A DNA stretch of 64,000 nt, taken from NCBI RefSeq assembly GCF_963676685.1, contig NC_092348.1, positions 86,924,001 to 86,988,000 of the forward strand, in the 5' to 3' direction. Every line of letters starts with the position of its first letter. Positions within the stretch are counted from its first letter, which is position 1. The notes below the pieces were generated by a model that was not told the DNA's origin, did not search any database, and saw only the letters and a program-made list of their open reading frames with translations. Made by a program: the position numbers and the translations under genes. Shown here piece after piece: positions 53,701 through 62,700 of this stretch. This stretch comes from Mytilus edulis (taxonomy: Eukaryota).

Positions 53701-56700
53701 CATGGTTTTGAACAAATCTACCTGAATATTCTTATCAGATATTCGATAACACGATGAAATTAACATTGAGCATATAGGTAAGGGTTTGGTAGTACAGACA
53801 ACTACAGCGTAAAAAAAACTGTGCCACTTCACATGTTTTACTTCTTTACGTTCGTTAAATCAGAAGATAAAAACAGAGAACATCGAATCGATTAACTGCG
53901 TCTTTTATACGCTTTCTTTTAATCTTATTCACAGTTACTTTAAAACGCAAAGACGACAAACATTAAGTTTTGTACGATGACGGAGCGGACCCAAAAAAAA
54001 TCTGAAAAAAAAAAAATTCTTCAAAAAAACGTCAAAAAAAGAATTTGAGTCGGCGGGTTTATTTTGGGTCGGTCGCGTTTGGGCAAACATACAATCTTTT
54101 TATTTTGGCCTAGTCTACTAGATCCTTGGTCGAGCTTAGGAAGTACTCTTATTTTTAGCTCAGTCAGTATAAATGCTGCTTTGTAATACATAGGTTCCTG
54201 TTTCTAGCCCATGGGGAGAAATAAGAAATAAGTGATTTTGCAATAGAATCATGCTATCCTGTCCTGTTACATTTGTAATTAAGATAAAGTGTTGAAAATT
54301 GAATGGCTAAAGTTCAAAACCTACCCTGAGATTCAAACAAGTATTGATATGTTTCTCTTTATAAGCGCTTATGTCTGTATCCCTCTTTCTGTCTCCAATG
54401 ATAGTTAAATAAGAGTTGAAAGTTTCAATGAAGTGTGAAGCTAAGGACTTATCTATTTGTGATACATGTTCCATTTATTTGTATGAATCCATTGTAATGC
54501 TCAAGGCTTAAATATTTGTAAATCTAAAACAAACTATATAGATTGAAGAGTTTTTAAAACAAAGAGAACCTTTCATGAAAAGTCATTGATTTTTGGTATA
54601 ACAGAGTTTCTTTGTTATTGTCTGATGACTATGCATGTATTGCATGTTAAATTTGTGAATAGGTCAGTATGGCCAATTTACCAAGCTCAGGCAATAGTGC
54701 TCTCTGTAACACTTCTTGGTTATCTTTCAGTTGACATACCAGATTATTGTACAGCCCATCCCAGCGCTGTTCTTCCAGACCCAGATAATTGTGCTCACTA
54801 CTTTAATTGCTCTGATCCCACAACAGCCACCATAACCAGAGGAGCAGGTCAGACTCCAGGAAATTACAGGAAGGAGTGTCACTATCCAGACTTATTTGAT
54901 GACAGTATTAAACTATGTAATAAGTTTGAAATGGTCAACTGTAGTAAGAAACCAGAACCACAAGCTCCTTGTAAGTATATGATGAAAAACATTAGTAATA
55001 TAAAAAATGATTAATTAATAAATTTCTTTAAAAAAAAATTACATTATTACATGTGTATTGTATGGGACACTTCTAACTTATTTGAGAAAAAGAAAAATAA
55101 CTTTTGACATGATTTGTTAAATATTGATATGAGGAGGTGTGGTATGAATGCCAATAAGACTACTATTCTACTAAGACTAAATGATATGCATGTAAATGCC
55201 TGTAGTGCTTTCAACAAAGAGCAAATCCGATACTGTATAGTCGATTACAAAAGGACCCCTCTAAGACAAAATGTGAAACAAGAAACCAATGTCCAGATTT
55301 ATAAAAAAAACAATATGATAGCAACCAACGACTTGGACAGAATTACAGGCTCCTGATCATACTGATGATCCCTGTTAAAAACATATTCTCATGACTCATC
55401 ACGGTCATGTCTTGTAATAATTTTATACAATTTAGTTTTAGCAACATATTTTGAAATATTTAGACTTCCTGTTAGTAACAGTAAACAATGGCCATATTAA
55501 TCTTGTTTGGATTTATTGCCTATTTAATTACACAATTTTGAAATATCGCTACATTGACAACAACACGTGGGATACTCTATATCATTATGTAATGTTGAAC
55601 AGAAAATGAATCAAACATAGTGCAATGCAAATGAAGTTACTAAATTTAGAGTTAATCTATAATTTTTCGAATTGTCTTTAACTTTAAAATGGTTGTAAAC
55701 TATTATAATGGTAAGTGTATAAATAAAATGTGTTTTTAAATAGAAATTAAATTTGTGTAACATGTATGTAAGTACAATGTCAGTGTACAGTTTTATAAAG
55801 TTTCTTCCTAATTTGGACAACACTAATAGGGCACACCCCTACCACTTCGACTGGGTTCCCTTTGGCCGGAGGTACTACTTCCAATCGCGTCGGGAATGCC
55901 GTAAAGTGGTTTACTGTCGCAGAATTTCTTGGCAATGTTGGTTGAACTGGAAATGGTGGTGGGAAGGATTTATGTTCTTTGTATCTTACTTCTTTTAACT
56001 TTAATTTGCTGCAGGTTTAAAATAGTACTGGAAATCTATCTTGGCTGTTTTGTGTCATCTCCATTGACTTTTGAAAGATCCTTTTTAAGGTTTCACACTA
56101 AAATAATTTTACATTTAATTTTCTGATGGCACAGAATGATGGTACATATAAATCTTGATATATTGGCCGTCCTGTTGTAGAAATGTAGTCCTCTGTTTGT
56201 TCTTCATATAAGTTTCCTTTTGTTTGGTGGTTTCTTGGCAGTAATTGATGGTATCAGTTGTTTGTTGGCTTCTTGGAATTCTTCGTTCTTGCTCGGTATA
56301 GAGATGGCCGTGGGGTCGGCGCTGTGTGGTATAGGCGGATCCGGGGATGCAGGGGTTCAGATGGAATATCAAAAGATAAATAAAGAGCTGCTGAACCAAC
56401 GCCTCTTATGTTTTGTGCTGGTAGAGTTCCCTTAAGTGGATATCTGGATATCTGGTATCCACTTAAGGGAACTCTACCAGCACAAAACATAAGAGGCGTT
56501 GGTTCAGCAGCTCTTTATTTAAATTTTGAAATATATATAACAATTTAAAACAAAAATATAAATAAGAAAAATCTGGAAGTGCTGATGTATAATTTTTGTT
56601 ATCACTGTTTGAATAAAATATATTGCACTAGAAATATGAAAAGGAAAAAAATATAAAAGTGTCCTTACAAATTCAAGTAAAAGGTACACAGAAGCTATGA

Positions 56701-59700
56701 ATGATGATAAATGTATGTTAAAACAATATCTTTTTTTAAATGAATGTAAGCAGCAATATAGTGAGGTTATGAACTATTTATTTCAGGTGAATATCAACAG
56801 AATTTGTGTCAAGCTGTCAACAAAACTTGTGATCCTTGTACAAAGAGACTGCCATCTTGTGTGGGGAAATCAGATGGATTAAATTCCTTCCCTGCCAAGA
56901 TGTGGCAAGCAGATTATATGAGATGTTACAAAAATAGAACAATGGCGGTCACAACATGTCCAACCGGAGAATACTTCAATCCTAGACTGGACAAATGTAT
57001 GAAAGTTGTACAACCAGGTCAGTTATTATTCTTTTGATTTTTTTTCAAAAAGCTCAGTCCATATATATTTCATATTGTAGAGTTTAAATATGTTGTTTCT
57101 GACTGCAGTGAAAGTCTACAAACTGTGCCACACTAAATATATAATATCCGTTGTCTCTTTTTCAGTTGACATACCAGATTATTGTATAGTCCACCCAACA
57201 GCCGTAATACCCGACCCTACAAACTGTGCCAAGTTTTACAACTGTTTACAGAACTTGGGCACTAAAACAGCTGTTGTATTTGAGTGTAAATATCCTGACT
57301 TATTCTCTGACGTTTCCCAGAGCTGTGAAAGATTCCAGAATGTGTTGTGTAAAACCAGGAAGGAACCACAAGCACCTTGTAAGTATTGAAGTTAATAAGA
57401 TAAAATCAGAGTTCTTTGAGGATAATTTTTTTATGTATATTTTCAATTTGATGTGTTTGATATCTGCCTCATAAGGACATCTAAAAAAAAAATTACATAT
57501 ACATTGCTTGTGATTGCTGAGGCATGTTTTTATTGTGATCCACAGATTGTGGGTTACTCAACATTTTTGTGATGTAAGGTTAAAATGATATCCATAGAAG
57601 GAAATTTTGAAATTTATATTTGTTGCTATGACAAAATTTAAAGGAGGTAATTAATAGACTAAATACTTTAAATAATATAATGTGTAGATGTATGTCAATG
57701 AGAAAGCAACCAAACAATGCAAAAATAAAAAAATGATGTATAGAGGTCAATAAACAGTCATATAACATTAAACAATAGACATGTGTCTAAACAATATGTT
57801 AAAGCAGTAAATCTTCCAGAGTTTAGAATAGATGTGAATAAATTTATAACCAAGGTTAAATACTTTATTCTTCAGGTGAATATGACCAGAACTTATGTAA
57901 GCCAGGAGACATGAACTGTGAAGTATGTCCTAAACGTTTACCCAGTTGTCGTGGACTACCTGATGGTGACGAAGCTGTCCAATCAGCTCTCTGGACAGAT
58001 CTGTATGTCACATGTCTGATTAATAGGACCATGGCTGTCCGTCATTGTCCTGTTGGTCAAGTGTATGATCCTACTCAGTTACACTGTGTCAGTAAAATAC
58101 CTAAAGGTTAGTTACTACCTTGTGTTTTACAAGTATTGTATAGATGTTGCAAAAAGTGGTGGTTCTGAAGGTTTTGACCACCAACATTTTACAAAGGACC
58201 AACATGCTTTAATATTTTTCAATAGAAATAATTTGAAGACCAGCAGATTTTCTATATAATTCCACCTTGTGTGATATTGCTGTATTTTGATTGGATGAGG
58301 CATGATATTTTTTACCATTTTCTACTGGTATGTATTAAGATTTTCTTTTCTTTGCCAGTGTATTTGTCATTAGAGAATTCCATCTGCCTGGGTATTTGCA
58401 AGCATCCTATTAAAATTCAGGCGAATAACATTAAAATTTGTATTGCACTTATAAAATGTAGTGGATTGTAATATATATGGCAATAGCATTTATCTGAATA
58501 TGTCCTAAAACAAAAGGTTCTTGTGAGTTTAAGTTTTATTGTATTTTTTCTAGGAAATATCGATGCCTTCTGTCTGGCTAACCCCACATCTATAGTGCCA
58601 CACCCAGACACTTGTGGTCAGTACTACAACTGTTCAGCCATGTCCAAATATGGTCATCATCTCCAGGAATGTCAGTACCCAGATCTGTTTGATGATGTCA
58701 GTCTGACATGTAAAGACTTTGAACAAGTCAATTGTAACAAATCAAAACATGAACCAGAGGCCCCATGTAAGTACTTTAACATAGTCAATAAACTATATCT
58801 TTAAATTCAAGAGATAGAGATTCATTAGCATTTATGCTTTCTTAAATGTCCAGAATTAAGATCCAACAAATCCTTAGAATCATTATGCCATTAACCATTC
58901 AAATTTATGCCTAATTTTTCTATGGCAAAATGCAGTGTTGAATTGAATGAATGAATGAATTCTTTATTTGCCAAGCAGTAATTACATACTATTGCAACAC
59001 AAACATATTTACATTGTGACACACAATAAACAACACAGAACAATATTATAAGATATTGCAATAGACAAATAATCAACAACTACCAATTATATGTGATCTA
59101 ATCTGCCTTGCAGATTTCGAATAATTACACAATTTTCCAACTAAAGATCTAGAGTTTGAAACTAAAAGAAACACAGAGATTTGATTGATGTTTCATTAAA
59201 TATTTCTGAACACAAAAGATCTACAAAAAATACTAGAATACCAAACTGAAAGATCTGTTTAAAACAAAAAGGTGTTTAAAAGGAAAGACTTTTAGATCAA
59301 TAAACATTTAATCTTTAATGGCATAAGGTGATTTCATGTTTACATCTTTACATATTTAATAATGCATGTCTAAATGTGCTGCAAATTTTATATTTAAAGA
59401 CAAATTTTGTTTTCACAGGTGAATATTTACAGAACAGATGTAATGCATCAGATACTAGTTGTCTCCCCTGTCCTAAACGTCTGCCATCTTGTGTGGGACA
59501 TCCTGATGGAGACAACTCATTCCCCAACAAACTATGGATGTCTGACTACATCACTTGTTATAAAAATAGAACATTGAATGTGACACAGTGTAGCCATGGT
59601 TACTTCAATCCAAGGACAGTCAAATGTGAAGATGCTGTTCCTAAAGGTAACAGATAACCACTAATCATTGTGTTTACTGAACAGGTTTCAACCATTACAA

Positions 59701-62700
59701 ATAAATTTTAGTAACAAATCAGCTAAGGAACCATGCGGTAGAGGGGATCAGCAAGGAACAAGTCACTGTAAAATATTAATACACAATTTAATGCAATGTT
59801 TCTGTACATCATTTATATGTAGAAAAGACCAAGAAACAACTAAAATTAAAGTCTTTAAGATTCATTCTGAGTACGAACTATGATTTTTATCCAAGACTTA
59901 TTTTTCTAGACTTGCAAGTATTTTAAATAAAAGGGACAAACATTTGATATTTTGATTGTTAAAAAGCGGATGATATTAGAATTCATAATGCCAACCAGCC
60001 ACTAAATAGTATTAGAAAGGCAAAAACCATTTTGTACCCTGACCATTTCGTACATTGACCATTTCGAAGCTCATGGAATATTAACATGTAATACCATTTT
60101 GTACCTCATTGAAGATTAATATGTATGCCATTTTGTACCCCCATGGAAGATTAATATGAATGCCATTTCGTACCTCATGGAAGATTTATATGTAATACTA
60201 TTTCGTACCTCATGGAAGATTTATATGTAATACTATTTCGTACCTCATGGAAGATTTATATGTAATACTATTTCGTACCTCATGGAAGATTTATATGTAA
60301 TACTATTTCGTACCTCATGGAAGATTTATATGTAATACTATTTCGTACCTCATGGAAGATTTATATGTAATACTATTTCGTACCTCATGGAAGATTTATA
60401 TGTTTGCCATTTCGTACTTCATGGAAGATTAATATGTATGCCATTTCGTACCTGATGGAAGATTTATATGTAATACCATTTCAAACATCATGGAAGATTA
60501 ATATGTATGAAATTTCCTACCTCATCGAAGATTGATATGTAATACCATTTCGTACCTCATGGAAGATTACTATGTAGGCTTTTTGTACCTCATGGAAGAT
60601 TATTATGCATGGCATTTCATTTTTATGTGTAACATGTCTTGGTTTATCATACAAGGAAAGTCAAGGCACTTTGCACATATCTCTATTCATAATGTCATTA
60701 CTGAGAATCAGGATTGTACACAAGGCGTCCATAGAGATGTTAAAGGCGGCTTACACAAATATCAACATCAACGTACTTCTGCCGGTGGTCAAATGTTGCT
60801 TTCCGTGTTGTACGAGCCTGCTTTTTTTGCATCTTCTTCAGTTTACCCTCTGATACCAAAAAAAACCTTTAAAAACATGAAAAACTGTACAAAAATATGA
60901 TAGGAAATGGCTTACATGTATTAAGTCCATGAGGTATGATGCATTTGGCCCATTGGGTACAAAATGGATATTATCGTGGGTACAAAATGGTAAATGTTAG
61001 GTACGAAATCACAGATTTGGGTATGAAATGGCAGAGGTACGAAATGGTCAGGAAACGAAATGACTTGCTTTCTTAGAATGGACACAAGAGGAATATGATG
61101 TGACATCATAATCAATGAGCCAGCCTGTTTAATAACATGTTTGATTTAATAATAACTTGACATGTTTAATAAGCTTTAAAAAGAGGTCTGCATGCATAGT
61201 TCTTTAAGATAAGATTTAGGAAAGAATATTTGTTACTGCTTGATCAATTTATTTAAATTTTCCCATCCCCATTCCATTTTATAAAACGCAGATAATTGTG
61301 CTTCCTGCAATGTTTTAATTTTGTTTTGCAGTTGATGTACCAGACTACTGTACAGCCCATCCCAGCGCCGTTCTACCAGACCCAGATAATTGTGCTCACT
61401 ACTTTAACTGCTCTGATCCCACCATGGCGACCATAAACAGAGGAGCAGGTCAGACTCCAGGAAATTACAGGAAGGAGTGTCACTATCCAGACTTATTTGA
61501 TGACAGTATTAAACAATGTAATAACTTTGAAATGGTCAACTGTAGTAAGAAACCTGAACCACAGGCTCCTTGTAAGTATTTGAAAAACATGTGATGAAAA
61601 AAAAATAATGTCTTTAATTTTCTAGGTGGACAGATACTATTAGTTGCTTCTTCCTTACCCCTAGCTAATAAAGGCAGTATAACTTTGTATGTAAGTACCA
61701 TATTTTACAAGGATTTGATTTAAAGAATGAAGATAGAAAAAGAAAGAGTATTAGGTTTTTGAATTGCATATGTTTTTAGCTCACCTGGCCCAGAGGGCCA
61801 AGTTAGCTTTTCTCATCACTTGGCGTCCGGCGTCCGGCGTCCGTCGTCGTCCGTCGTCGTCGTCCGTCGTCGTCCTGCGTCCGGCGTTAACTTTTACAAA
61901 AATCTTCTCCTCTGAAACTACTAGGCCAAATTTAACCAAACTTGGCCACAATCATCATTGGGGTATCTAGTTTAAAAATTGTGTCCGGTGACCCCGCCAA
62001 CTAACCAAGATGGCCGCCATGGCTATAAATAGAACATAGGGGTAAAATGCAGTTTTTGGCTTATAACTCAAAAACCAAAGCATTTAGGGGAAATCTGACA
62101 TGGGGTAATATTGTTAATCAGGTTAAGATCTATCTGCCCTGAAATTTTCAGATGAATCTGACATTCCCTGGTTAGGTTGCTGCCCCTGAATTGGTAATTT
62201 TAAGGAAATTTTGTTGTTTTTGGTTATTATCTTGAATATTATTTTAGATAGAGATAAACTGTAAAAAGCAATAATGTTCAGCAAAGTAAGATCTACAAAT
62301 AAGTCAACATGACCAAAATGATCAGTTGACCACTTTAGGAGTTATTGCCCTTTATAGTCAATTTTTAACCATTTTTCGTAAATCTTAGTAATCTTTTAGA
62401 AAAATCTTCTCCTCTGAACCTGCTGGGCCAAATTATTTGAAACTTGGCCACAATCATCATTGGGGTATCTAGTTTAAAAATTGTGTCCGGTGACCCCGCC
62501 AACTAACCAAGATGACCGCCATGGCTATAAATAGAACATAGGGGTAAAATGCAGTTTTTGGCTTATAACTCAAAAACCAAAGCATTTAGAGCAAATCTGA
62601 CATGGGTAAAATTGTTAATCAGGTGAAGATCTATCTGCCCTGAAATTTTCAGATGAATTGGACAACTTGTTTTTGGGTTGCGGCCCCTGAATTGGTAATT

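Noticed and set aside
55753-56490. Cluster of short overlapping ORFs as a nested gene or a known ribozyme
   Set aside because: No recognisable domain or consistent frame, and the stem at about 55830-55900 did not fit hammerhead, HDV or twister consensus by eye.
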